From: Gemmatimonadota bacterium
Lineage (GTDB): Bacteria > Gemmatimonadota > Gemmatimonadetes > Gemmatimonadales > GWC2-71-9
Direction: 5' to 3'
Length of the DNA stretch: 64,000 nucleotides
Assembly (NCBI GenBank): GCA_039591655.1
Contig: JBDHDE010000003.1
Coordinates: 15,093-79,092 of the forward strand
A program made the position numbers and the translations under genes. The notes under the pieces are model-generated. The model had not been told where the DNA came from. It ran no database searches and was given only the letters and a program-made list of their open reading frames with translations. Numbering within the stretch: the stretch's first letter is position 1; each line of letters opens with the position of its first letter. This document shows, in pieces, positions 33,130-42,407 of this stretch.

Positions 33130-33643
33130 GGTGCGCCGTCTCCGCTGGGGGAGGATCCAGGTGCCTGGTATAGACGACCAGGTCGTCCTCCGGAGCGTAG
33201 TACTCCGGGATGTGGGCGGCGCGCCTGTAGTCTAGAGACTCGTAGAACGCGCGGGTCGGGCCGTAATCGCTGCGGGAGGACGTCTCGACCACCACCAGCC
33301 GCCCGCCGTTGGCCCGAATGGCCTCCTCGGTGGCGGCCATCAGCTGTCGGCCGACACCGAGGCGTTGCGCGGCCGAATCCACGACGATCCAGTAGAGATC
33401 CCACGTCGCGACCGTGCACGGCGTCGGGCCCCACAGGGTGAACCCCACGAGTCGTTCCTCGTCGAACGCTCCCAGGGCGAAATAGTCAGCACCGGGCTCG
33501 GCGACGGCCTCCTCGAATACCTCGAGTGCCACGTTGATCTCGTCCGGCCGGAACACACCGGTGGCCGCGACCATCTCCGCGATGCGCCGACGGTCGGCCG
33601 CATGGGGCACCCGCAGGGTGATGGTGGGGGCGCGCACTGTCAT
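33122..33643 (-). CDS. GNAT-family N-acetyltransferase
   Basis: WDLYWIVV, QRLGVG acetyl-CoA motif, VETSS, RAFYE, IPEYY; ATGA overlap with upstream gene. Confidence 0.9.
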   Translation of the reverse strand: MTVRAPTITLRVPHAADRRRIAEMVAATGVFRPDEINVALEVFEEAVAEPGADYFALGAFDEERLVGFTLWGPTPCTVATWDLYWIVVDSAAQRLGVGRQLMAATEEAIRANGGRLVVVETSSRSDYGPTRAFYESLDYRRAAHIPEYYAPEDDLVVYTRHLDPPPAETAHHG

Positions 33644-34650
33644 GCGACCCGATCCCCCGCCGTCGGTGCCAGCACGCGGGCCGCCGCCGGCCGCTGCGCC
33701 ACCTCGAGGGCCGCGCGGACTATCCGCGATACCAGGTCGTCGTACGACCACCCCTGGGCCCGTGCCATGTTCACCAAGCCTGCGTCGCTCGAGATGTCCG
33801 GACTGGGGTTGACCTCGAGAATCCACGGCTGCCCGCCGGCGTCTACCCGCATGTCGACCCGCCCGTAGCCCCGGCCCTCGACGGCGTGCCACGCCGCCCG
33901 GGCCACGCGGACGATGCGCTCGGCGAGCGCCGGCTCGACGTGCGCCGGGCAAACGGGCTGGGTGCCGGAGTACTCGGGGCTCTCCGGAGTCCATTTGGCG
34001 TCGAATGACACGATGGGCCAGGCCCCGTGGGGCATGCCGTCGAAGTCGATCTCCGAGAGCGGCAGAGTGTGCTCGCCTACGAACGCGGTGGCGATCTCGC
34101 GACCGTGGATGTACTGCTGGACGATCACGCTCCCGTAGTGCTCCGTGTGCGCGGCCACCCGCTCGTCGAGCTGCTCCCGCGTCGCCACGATCGAGGCCTG
34201 GTCGATGCCTACGCTGGCGTCCTCCGCGGCCGGCTTCACGATCGCGGGGAGCGGGAAGTCCCCGGGGACCGGCTCGCCGTCGGGAGCGTGCCAGCGGGGG
34301 ATTGGGAGGTTGGCCGCCTGGAGCACGGCGTTGAGCAGGGGCTTCCGGTGGCACACCGTCATCATCCACGCCGACCCACCGGTGTACGGGAGGCCGGCGA
34401 GCTCGATGGCGGACGCGACCTTGTACTCCCACTGGCTGACCCCGCCGATGCCCTCACAGAGGTTGAACACCAGGTCCGCCTCGCGGACCCGGTGGAACCA
34501 CGCGAGATCGGCCTCCACGGGGACCTTCCAAACCTCGTGCCCAGCGGCCGCGAGAGAGCCGGAGACCTCGTTCACGGGCTCCAGTACGGACTGGACGTCC
34601 TCCGGACTCCAGTCGTCCGCGCCGCCATCGTAGATCACGGCGACGCGCAT
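33640..34650 (-). CDS. ATP-grasp ligase, D-Ala-D-Ala ligase-like (B)
   Basis: VFNLCEG, PYTG, IVKPAAEDASVGI, YIHGREI, SFDAKW, YGRVDMR, LEVNPSPD. Confidence 0.88.
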   Translation of the reverse strand: MRVAVIYDGGADDWSPEDVQSVLEPVNEVSGSLAAAGHEVWKVPVEADLAWFHRVREADLVFNLCEGIGGVSQWEYKVASAIELAGLPYTGGSAWMMTVCHRKPLLNAVLQAANLPIPRWHAPDGEPVPGDFPLPAIVKPAAEDASVGIDQASIVATREQLDERVAAHTEHYGSVIVQQYIHGREIATAFVGEHTLPLSEIDFDGMPHGAWPIVSFDAKWTPESPEYSGTQPVCPAHVEPALAERIVRVARAAWHAVEGRGYGRVDMRVDAGGQPWILEVNPSPDISSDAGLVNMARAQGWSYDDLVSRIVRAALEVAQRPAAARVLAPTAGDRVA

Positions 34651-35714
34651 GAAACCTTGAGTTCGTGTCCGGTGAGGCGACGCCAGGCGATGCGCGTGAC
34701 TTCCTGGATCAGCTCGTCGTAGCCCATGCCTTCGGCCTGCGCGGCTGTCGGAAAGCAGCTGTGAGCCGATGGATCCGGCATGATGCCCGGCAGCGGGTTT
34801 ACCTCTAGCACATGAGGTGTCCCAGCGGCATCGAGCCGGAGATCGACCCGTGCCCAGTCCCGGCAGCCCAGCACGTGGTACGCGGCCAGCGCGGCCTCCG
34901 TGATAGCCGTCGCCATCCCATCGCGTACCCGCGCCGGACACTCCAGAATGTCGATGTCCGAGTCGGGTTGGTCCCACAGCCACTTCGCCTCGTAGCCCAT
35001 GATGGGCAGGGCGCCGTCGGGGAGGGCATGGAACTTGTAGCGGATGAGTGGAAGCGCGCGCGCCTCGAGGCCGTTCCCGAGAACGGCCACGGTGAACTCG
35101 TCGCCCGGAAGGTAGGCCTCGGCGAGTACGGGTTGCCCGTAGGCGGCGAACAAATGCTTGGCGCGCTCCAGTGCGGCGGCCGGCGTGGGTGCGTGGCTCG
35201 CTTCGGCTATTCCTTTAGAGGAGCCCTCCCACACGGGCTTCAGGAACAGCGGGTACCCGTCCACCCTCCGCAGCGCCGGCAGGTCCGCCTCCGACTGGAG
35301 CACGACGGACGCCGGCGTCGGCACGCCGTGGTGCGTGAAGATCTGCTTCGCGCGTTCCTTGTGAAGCGCCAGCCCCAGGGTGAGGGGATCGCTGCCCAGG
35401 TAGGGAATTCCGAGGAACTCGGCGATGGCCGGCACATGGGACTCGCGGTTGGGACCGCGCACCCCCTCGGCCATGTTGAACAGGAGGTCGAGGCCGGCGT
35501 CGTGCAAGCGGCCGGCGAAGCCATCGACGGCCTCGAGGAGGACGACATCGCCGAAGACCCTCAGTGCGTTACCGACTGCCTCGATCGTCTCCGGGTCGTC
35601 CCACTCGACGTACTCGTCGACGGGCGAAGACGGCTCGGGGGAGGGTCGACCAGTGCCGCCGCTTCTCCAGGTGGCGTCGTCCGGTCGCTGATTGAACGCG
35701 AGCCCTATGCGCAT
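34635..35714 (-). CDS. ATP-grasp ligase, D-Ala-D-Ala ligase-like (A)
   Basis: FNMAEG, RESHVPA, PYLGSD, LKPVWEGSSKGI, YLPGDEFTV, GYEAKW, WARVDLR, LEVNPLPG. Confidence 0.9.
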   Translation of the reverse strand: MRIGLAFNQRPDDATWRSGGTGRPSPEPSSPVDEYVEWDDPETIEAVGNALRVFGDVVLLEAVDGFAGRLHDAGLDLLFNMAEGVRGPNRESHVPAIAEFLGIPYLGSDPLTLGLALHKERAKQIFTHHGVPTPASVVLQSEADLPALRRVDGYPLFLKPVWEGSSKGIAEASHAPTPAAALERAKHLFAAYGQPVLAEAYLPGDEFTVAVLGNGLEARALPLIRYKFHALPDGALPIMGYEAKWLWDQPDSDIDILECPARVRDGMATAITEAALAAYHVLGCRDWARVDLRLDAAGTPHVLEVNPLPGIMPDPSAHSCFPTAAQAEGMGYDELIQEVTRIAWRRLTGHELKVSCASP

Positions 35715-35733
35715 CGAACTCCAAACGGAGCTT

Positions 35734-35774
35734 GTGTTGCGCAACACGATAAAGAATGCCGTTCAGTAATGCAA
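35734..35774 (-). promoter_or_regulatory. Sigma70 promoter with overlapping 14-bp palindrome
   Basis: TTGCAT-17-TATCGT (35774-35746); perfect palindrome GTGTTGCGCAACAC at 35734-35747. Confidence 0.65.
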
Positions 35775-35897
35775 TAGGTTTTTCGCATGAGTTGGAAGCT
35801 CGGAACGCACGTGCCGTGTCGATGCGACGTGCGTCACACTCGCGCGCAGCGTCTCGATCGACTCGTGATGGGATGCGAACGGGGAAGGACCGGCCTG

Positions 35898-36395
35898 CTA
35901 CCCCTCGGGCCGACAGCGGTGGTACACGCGGAAGCTGTACGGATGCGCGTGCTGGCCGTCGGCGGCGTGCCGGATGTCCTCCTCGAGTCGCCAATCGTCG
36001 AGGTCGAGCTCGGGGAAGAGCGTGTCACCCTCAACGGCCGCGTGTACCACCGTGAGGTAGATGCGTTCGGCACGCGGCAGAGCGAGGCGGTAGATGTCGG
36101 CGCCGCCCGCCACGAACACCTGGTCGTCGCCAGCCGCCAGCGCCAATGCCTCGTCGAGGCCGTGTGCCACCTCGGCTCCAGCGAACCGGCGGGCTCGGTC
36201 GCGGGTGACGACGATGTTGCGGCGGTTTGGCAGCGGCTCGCCGAGAGAGTCGTAGGTCCGCCGGCCCATGATGACGGTGTGCCCGGTTGTGAGCGACTTG
36301 AAGTGCCGCATGTCGGCGGGCAGCCGCCAGGGCAGAGCGTTGTCGCGGCCAATCACCCGGTTTTCCGCGACAGCGGCGATGAGGGATACGATCAG
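35898..36395 (-). CDS. folA: Dihydrofolate reductase
   Basis: (CTG)[58 protein letters not shown]; start extended 39 nt beyond track ORF. Confidence 0.93.
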   Translation of the reverse strand: MIVSLIAAVAENRVIGRDNALPWRLPADMRHFKSLTTGHTVIMGRRTYDSLGEPLPNRRNIVVTRDRARRFAGAEVAHGLDEALALAAGDDQVFVAGGADIYRLALPRAERIYLTVVHAAVEGDTLFPELDLDDWRLEEDIRHAADGQHAHPYSFRVYHRCRPEG

Positions 36396-37186
36396 ACGGC
36401 CACCTTGGCGGCGATACGGGGGTGGGGGTCGTAGCCTTCGAGGGTGAAGTCCCCGTAGTCGAAATCCAACAGGGACCGGACCTCGGGGTTGAGCCGCATC
36501 GAGGGAAGCGCCCGGGGCTGGCGACCCAGCTGGAGCTTCGTCTGCTCCAGGTGGTTGTTGTACAGGTGGACGTCGCCGAATGTGTGGACGAACTCACCCG
36601 GCTGGAGCCCGCCAACTTGCGCGATCATCATGGTGAGCAGGGAATACGACGCGATATTGAACGGCACGCCCAGGAACGTGTCGGCGCTCCGCTGGTAGAG
36701 CTGGCAGGAAAGCCGTCCATCGACCACGTAGAACTGGAACAGCACGTGGCACGGCGGCAGCGCCATCTTGGGCAGCTCACCCACGTTCCACGCACATACC
36801 ATCATGCGGCGCGAGTCGGGGTCCTCGCGAATCAGCTCGAGCACCCGCGAGATCTGATCGACCTGCCGGCCGTCGGGTGTGGGCCAGGAGCGCCACTGCG
36901 CTCCGTAGATCGGTCCGAGGTTCCCGCTCTCGTCCGCCCACTCGTCCCAGATGGTGACCCCGTGGTCGTTGAGGTAACGGACGTTGGTGTCACCATTCAG
37001 GAACCAGAGAAGCTCGTAGATGATCGACTTGAGGTGCAGCTTCTTGGTCGTCAGCAGCGGAAAACCGGCGTTCAGATCGAACCGCATCTGATAGCCGAAC
37101 ACGCTGAGCGTCCCGGTGCCCGTGCGATCGCGCTTGGGCCGCCCGTGGTCCAGGATGTGCTGCAGGAGATCCAGGTACTGTCGCAT
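36392..37186 (-). CDS. thyA: Thymidylate synthase
   Basis: [38 protein letters not shown]; 264 aa. Confidence 0.97.
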   Translation of the reverse strand: MRQYLDLLQHILDHGRPKRDRTGTGTLSVFGYQMRFDLNAGFPLLTTKKLHLKSIIYELLWFLNGDTNVRYLNDHGVTIWDEWADESGNLGPIYGAQWRSWPTPDGRQVDQISRVLELIREDPDSRRMMVCAWNVGELPKMALPPCHVLFQFYVVDGRLSCQLYQRSADTFLGVPFNIASYSLLTMMIAQVGGLQPGEFVHTFGDVHLYNNHLEQTKLQLGRQPRALPSMRLNPEVRSLLDFDYGDFTLEGYDPHPRIAAKVAV

Positions 37187-37254
37187 GAGCCTCGGGTCGA
37201 TGGGAGGTGGCGCCGGAGGCCGGCGAGGCGCCCGACGCCAGGTGCCTATCCTAT

Positions 37255-38940
37255 TTATCTAGGCTGCAGGCCCGATAGCAACTCCGTCTTGGAGAGGCCC
37301 CATCCCCCGGTGCGCTCGAGCTCACGGAGGCCCTCGGCGATCTCGTCCGGTATGTCACGGGCCCGAGGGCCGACCTTCAAGTGGTCGAGGGGAGCCGCAT
37401 TCGGCTCGGGGAGGATGACGCCGGGGTTCATGATGCCATCCGGATCGAACGCCTGCTTGACGGCGGCGAACAGCTCCACGACCTCGGGTCCGTAGATTCG
37501 CTCGACGAGCCCGGCCCGCAGCCGGCCGTCGCCGTGTTCCCCGCTGGGGCTGCCGCGAAGCTCGACCAGCAAGTCGGAAACTCGGAGGAGCAGCTCCTCG
37601 AGCCGCCCCTCGAAATCCGGGTCCGTGACGTCCACCAGAGCGTTGATGTGGAGGTGTCCGTCACCCGCGTGTCCGAACGCGACGATCTCGATCCCCAGCC
37701 GCGCTGCCGCCTCGCGCACTCCAAGGAGGTACGCGCCGAGCTGATGGACCGGCACGCACCCGTCCTCGATGACCTGGAGCGAGCGTCGTGTGTCCGGCAG
37801 GGTGGCCAGCACCGGGCTGGCGGCGTGGCGCAGCTTCCAGAGGCGCTCGCGCTCCGTGGGTGTCAGCGCAGGCTCGGCGAACGTACAGAGGTCGGCGGTC
37901 TGCTCGACCGCCCCCTCGACGACGGCGCGCGCGGCCTCGCCGTCCTCGGCCTCGAAGTCCACTAGCAGCACGGCCGCCGCTCCGCCCTGAGACACGGGCT
38001 CCCGCTCCCCCGCCAGCGCGAGGTACGTTCGGTCGAGGAGCTCGACGGCGGCAGGGGCGAACCCGTTGAGGCGCGTGACCACCTCCCCCAAGGACTCGAG
38101 GCCGTCCAGCCCGAGCAGCAACCCGGCGACGCCGCCGGGCAGCGGGTCGAGCTGGAGCTCCGCCCGGGTGATCACCCCAAGCGTTCCCTCGGAGCCGATC
38201 ACCAGGTCGAGGAGATCTCCTGACGCCAGGTAGGAGTCCAGCGCATAGCCACAGGTGTTCTTGCGGATGGCCGGGAACCGCTCTCGGACCGCGGCCTCCG
38301 CACGGCCGATGTGCTCAGCGGCGTCTCGCTCGAATCGCTGGTGGAACCGTGGTGTGGAGGGGTGGGGCTGGCCTGCGGGCGGTCCACACGTCACCGGGCT
38401 GTCGGGAGCGCCGCGGGCGAGCCATGCGCATTCGCCGTCGGCCGTCACCAGCTCCAGGCCACGCACCCACTGGCGCATGGGCCCGTAGCGTACCGAGCGC
38501 GCTCCTGCGGCGTTGGTGGCGATCATGCCGCCGATGGTGCAGAACTCGCCGCTCGAGGGGTCGGGCGGCAACCGCAGTCCTTCGGGGGCGGCGGCGTCGC
38601 TCAGGGCGCGCCAGGTGACCGCCGCTCCGGCGGCTGCGGTTCCCCGAGTCGAGATGGAGAACGGCTGGCGGAGTCGCTGGAGATCGAGGATCACGCCGCG
38701 CCCGACGTTTCCTCCGGGCATCCCGCTGCCGGCTCCTCTAGGAATCAGGGCCAGTCCTTCCTGAGCCACCCAGCGCACCACTCCTACGACGTCATCCCGA
38801 TCCGCCGGAATGGCCACCGCCGCGGGAACCAGCCGGTACGGTCCCGCCCCTTCACTGTAGGCGCAGCGCACCTCGAACTGCGTGAGCCAGCGCCCGCGAA
38901 ACCCCGGCGGTGATGGGAGGTCGGCGGAGTTCTTCGCCAT
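37255..38940 (-). CDS. FAD-linked oxidase (GlcD/Dld-like)
   Basis: PRGAGSG, PPDPSS...[47 protein letters not shown]. Confidence 0.9.
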   Translation of the reverse strand: MAKNSADLPSPPGFRGRWLTQFEVRCAYSEGAGPYRLVPAAVAIPADRDDVVGVVRWVAQEGLALIPRGAGSGMPGGNVGRGVILDLQRLRQPFSISTRGTAAAGAAVTWRALSDAAAPEGLRLPPDPSSGEFCTIGGMIATNAAGARSVRYGPMRQWVRGLELVTADGECAWLARGAPDSPVTCGPPAGQPHPSTPRFHQRFERDAAEHIGRAEAAVRERFPAIRKNTCGYALDSYLASGDLLDLVIGSEGTLGVITRAELQLDPLPGGVAGLLLGLDGLESLGEVVTRLNGFAPAAVELLDRTYLALAGEREPVSQGGAAAVLLVDFEAEDGEAARAVVEGAVEQTADLCTFAEPALTPTERERLWKLRHAASPVLATLPDTRRSLQVIEDGCVPVHQLGAYLLGVREAAARLGIEIVAFGHAGDGHLHINALVDVTDPDFEGRLEELLLRVSDLLVELRGSPSGEHGDGRLRAGLVERIYGPEVVELFAAVKQAFDPDGIMNPGVILPEPNAAPLDHLKVGPRARDIPDEIAEGLRELERTGGWGLSKTELLSGLQPR

Positions 38941-40032
38941 CTACGCCGCTGTCCCGGGGTCCGCCGGACCGTTCTCGGAAGGGGGGCGCGTCCATGCGTC
39001 CCCGGCGAGGTGGTGGAAGTACGCCCGCACCAGTCCGTTGCTCGGGGCGATGATCCGGGTCGTCGCGATCGTGCGGTACACTTCGGCCCGGGAGATCTTG
39101 ACCTTGTGGTCCGGATCCAGTAGTCGACGGTCGTCTTCGGCGAGGTGGAGGGTGCGGACCGCGAAGTACAGGGACGTGAGACAGAAGAGCCGGACGCCGT
39201 ACTGCCGCCGGGGGAGCGTGGTGGAGTACTCCAGTGCGTCCGTGAGATGGCCCTTCGCCTTCGCGATCAGGCTCAGCATGACACGTCGGCCGGCGTCACG
39301 GAACCGCGGATCCTGAAGATCCTCCGGGTGAATCCCTGCGATATCGCACAGCTGCCGCGGCACGAAACTCCAGCCGCGCCGGCGGTCGTCCGCCACGTCC
39401 TTGACGATGTTGGTGAGCTGGAGCCCTAGTCCGAAACTCGTGGCCAGGGAGCGCAGTCGCTCCCACCGCGCGGCGTCCGCCGGTCCGTCATGCAGCCGGA
39501 ACAGCTCGGTGAGGAGATGGCCCACGGTGCCGGCGACGTAGTAGCAGTAGCGGTCCAGCTCGCCCACCGTGGCGAGCGCCTCGAGGTGAGCGCCCGGTCC
39601 GCCTTCCGCGCGGTGGGCGAACTCGGCCATGCCCGCGGTCATCTCCTGGACCCAGGGCCGGACGGCCGTCTGCTGCGCCTCCGGCAGCCGGCGGAACCCC
39701 CGCAGCACGGCGTCGGCTTCCCGCGCCAACAGCTCTTCATCGGATCGCGGCTCCGCAAAGGCCTCCCGCAGTTGATCGGCGTCCGAGACGGACGATTCGA
39801 GGCAGTCTCTGAAGTGCGCGAACAGACGCTCCTTCTCGCTCGCCGACAGCGTGGGGGAATCCTCGATGGTGTCGGCGATGCGACACAGCAGGTAGGCCAC
39901 GAGCACCGGCTGCTCGAGGTCACCAGGCAGCAGCCGTATGCAGATCGCGAAGGTGCGCGACACCTTGGGGAGCATGGCGTCGCCGAACGCGCGATCGTGG
40001 GCCGGCGTCGCTGAGGGGGCGGTGGCGGTCAT
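38941..40032 (-). CDS. Squalene/phytoene synthase family (squalene-synthase-like)
   Basis: VSRTF, YLLCRIADTIED, YCYYVAGTVG, GLGLQLTNIVKDVADD; ATGA overlap. Confidence 0.9.
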   Translation of the reverse strand: MTATAPSATPAHDRAFGDAMLPKVSRTFAICIRLLPGDLEQPVLVAYLLCRIADTIEDSPTLSASEKERLFAHFRDCLESSVSDADQLREAFAEPRSDEELLAREADAVLRGFRRLPEAQQTAVRPWVQEMTAGMAEFAHRAEGGPGAHLEALATVGELDRYCYYVAGTVGHLLTELFRLHDGPADAARWERLRSLATSFGLGLQLTNIVKDVADDRRRGWSFVPRQLCDIAGIHPEDLQDPRFRDAGRRVMLSLIAKAKGHLTDALEYSTTLPRRQYGVRLFCLTSLYFAVRTLHLAEDDRRLLDPDHKVKISRAEVYRTIATTRIIAPSNGLVRAYFHHLAGDAWTRPPSENGPADPGTAA

Positions 40033-41267
40033 CGTCTGGACCTCGCCGACCGTGCCCTCCACGGCATCCAATGCGGCAGGAGCAAGCGCCAGGAGAACAG
40101 GGTGCGTGGGTCCACCGTCTCGTCGAGCACGCCGGCGGCCACGCGGCGCAGTGCCGGGTTGCTACGTACTCGTCGCGCGACGAAGTCGGTCACCCAAGGC
40201 CGGGAGATCCAGTCCTCGGCCACGCGGTAGCCGGCGTACTTGGGGGCGAGTCGGGCCCGCAGCAGCTCGGGGAAGCGCGCCAGGTGCGCGGGCTCGCGGT
40301 CGACGAGTGCGCGGTGCACCTGTCCCGCGGCCACCTCACCCGTCTCCATGGCCTTCCCGACTCCCTCACCCGTGAAGGGGAACGTGGCCCCGACCGTCTC
40401 GCCGATGGCTAGGATGCGCCGCCCCGGGAGCGCCACCTCGCGGTCGAGCCCGCAGCGAAGGCGCGCTCCCTGGAGCGGAGTGACTTCCGCCGCCGCCGCC
40501 ATCAGATCACGGGCAAGCTGGAAGTGTGTCGTGAAGGCCTGGAAGGTGGCGCGCAGGTTCGTCCGCTTCTCATCTCGGTGGTAGAACATGCCGCATCCCA
40601 CGTTGTACTCGCCGCCGCCCAGCGGGAAGATCCAGCCGTACCCAGGCAGGACGGAGCGGTGGAACACGATCACGAGCTCCCGCAGGGAGAGGGATGAGCG
40701 CACGTAGCACCGCAGGGCAATGGCGCTGGGGGTCCGCCGATGCGTTGTTCCGAGCCGGTCGAGCAAAGCGACGTCCGCTCCCGTAGCCACGATGCCGGCG
40801 CGGGCACGGAACGGAGTTGGGCTGCCGGCAACGGCCGCGGTCACCGTGCCGTCGTCGTGCTCGGTGATACGCTGCACCGGGGCGACGTGAAACACCGCAC
40901 CGCTGGCCAGGGCGGCCTGCTGCAACATGAGATCGAGTCGTCGTCGCCGCAGGGTGACGAACTCGCCCTGCAAGTCGACCCGGACACTCGAGGGACTGAA
41001 GGCCGACAGAGTCTCGGTGCGATAGCCGGCGGCCAGCACCTGCTCGAAGAGCCCGGCCCGACGCAGAGCGTTCAACGCATCGGGGATGAGGCCGTCCCCG
41101 CAGACCTTCTCCCGGGGGAAGGGCGAGCGGTCGAGGAGCAGGACCTCGTGTCCCAGCGCGGCGAGCTCCCGCGCAGCGGTCGACCCGGCGGGCCCCGCGC
41201 CTACGACGATCACGTCCCAGCGCCGAGCGGTGAGGTCGCGGTCCGGCGGGCGCGCTCGTTCGATCAC
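40029..41267 (-). CDS. Geranylgeranyl-reductase-family FAD oxidoreductase
   Basis: VVGAGPAGS, FPREKVCGDG, GYGWIFP, NVGCG, PFTGEGVG.AM; GTGA overlap start. Confidence 0.88.
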   Translation of the reverse strand: MIERARPPDRDLTARRWDVIVVGAGPAGSTAARELAALGHEVLLLDRSPFPREKVCGDGLIPDALNALRRAGLFEQVLAAGYRTETLSAFSPSSVRVDLQGEFVTLRRRRLDLMLQQAALASGAVFHVAPVQRITEHDDGTVTAAVAGSPTPFRARAGIVATGADVALLDRLGTTHRRTPSAIALRCYVRSSLSLRELVIVFHRSVLPGYGWIFPLGGGEYNVGCGMFYHRDEKRTNLRATFQAFTTHFQLARDLMAAAAEVTPLQGARLRCGLDREVALPGRRILAIGETVGATFPFTGEGVGKAMETGEVAAGQVHRALVDREPAHLARFPELLRARLAPKYAGYRVAEDWISRPWVTDFVARRVRSNPALRRVAAGVLDETVDPRTLFSWRLLLPHWMPWRARSARSRR

Positions 41268-41830
41268 GGTGAGGCGCCCGGAAAGCGCACCCTCACGGCG
41301 TCCAGGACACGGCGGAGGATCTGGTCGCCGCCATGACCGGGGGGTACCATGACCTCCAGCTCCCTCGGCGGAAGCGACGGATCCACCATGTGTCGCAGTA
41401 CGGCCTCGGACACCAGCTCGGTCTCGCCCTGCCGTACGGGGTCGGCGAAGAACCGGAGTCGCACGACGCGCTCGGGATCCAGGGTGTTCTCGCTCCCTGA
41501 GCGCCGCGCCACGACATCGTACCACTCCGTCTCGAGGTAGCCCTCGATCGGGCTGTTCCAGCGGATCGCCAGGCCTTCGACCGTAACGAGCCCCGCGATC
41601 TCGGTGATCACGTCCTCCGGTGAGGCCCGGAGCGTGTCACGGAGCGCGTCGGGCAGCGGTCGCAGGTACGGGCGGACGGCGCCCGCCGTGCACCCAGCCG
41701 AGATCGCGATGAGGGTGAGCGCCGCCAGCAGCAGCGACGTTCCCCCGGCACCCCCGCGCCGGCCGCCGCGTCTACTCGTGCTCGTGTGGCGGGGTGCCGG
41801 GCGGGTCGACGTGGTCTGCCGTGTCCGCAT
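41264..41830 (-). CDS. Hypothetical lipoprotein (start uncertain)
   Basis: Hydrophobic stretch with ISAGC lipobox-like motif, GYLETEWYD; fits operon gap. Confidence 0.65.
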   Translation of the reverse strand: MRTRQTTSTRPAPRHTSTSRRGGRRGGAGGTSLLLAALTLIAISAGCTAGAVRPYLRPLPDALRDTLRASPEDVITEIAGLVTVEGLAIRWNSPIEGYLETEWYDVVARRSGSENTLDPERVVRLRFFADPVRQGETELVSEAVLRHMVDPSLPPRELEVMVPPGHGGDQILRRVLDAVRVRFPGASP

Positions 41831-42344
41831 CGGCCTCTCCTTCCTGTGCCTCATCCGGTCCGTGGGTGTGGCCCGTCGTGCGCTCAGCGAGGGCGCCCTC
41901 CAGCACTTGGGTGGGAATGCCACCCCCATATCCGTACACGATCGTGCCGCCGACGTGTGCCGTCCAGAGGATCCCCAGCGCTCCGATAGCGGCGATGGTG
42001 AGATAGGCCCGCCGCTCCCTGCGACGCAGCGCCCCGCCGCGCCAGATGCGCCATGCCGCGAGGATCACGAACACCACCGTGAGCGTTATGGCGAGGGTCT
42101 CGTGCCGCTCCATGACCAAGTGCACGCCGCCGCCATGCTCTATCGTCTCTTCGGCCAGCAGGCCGGAGATCACGCTGAGGACCGCGCCCGCGGCGCCGAC
42201 TACCAGCATCCAGAATCCCGTTGCCCGCAGGGAATCGCGCCCGGTTGCGTCGCCCGCCAGCTCGAAAGCCACCGCGAGAATGAACAGAACCGACGGGATG
42301 TCGTTCAGCGCCGCGTGCCACTGTGCGGCCGTTTCAGGAAGCAT
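41772..42344 (-). CDS. DUF2231-like membrane protein with His-rich tail
   Basis: Four TM segments, SGLLA, HE, TAHVGG.IVY.YG.G; tail GHTHG...HEHE. Confidence 0.75.
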   Translation of the reverse strand: MLPETAAQWHAALNDIPSVLFILAVAFELAGDATGRDSLRATGFWMLVVGAAGAVLSVISGLLAEETIEHGGGVHLVMERHETLAITLTVVFVILAAWRIWRGGALRRRERRAYLTIAAIGALGILWTAHVGGTIVYGYGGGIPTQVLEGALAERTTGHTHGPDEAQEGEADADTADHVDPPGTPPHEHE

Positions 42345-42407
42345 GCTCGGGGCCCCAGTATGTGATAGTGGGTAGGATGATTGCTGGCAGTATGATGGCG
42401 CCGCCCC

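Noticed and set aside
33640..35714. Housekeeping ddl or van resistance ligases
   Set aside because: No mur/fts or vanH/vanX context, and the Ddl N-terminal motif is missing
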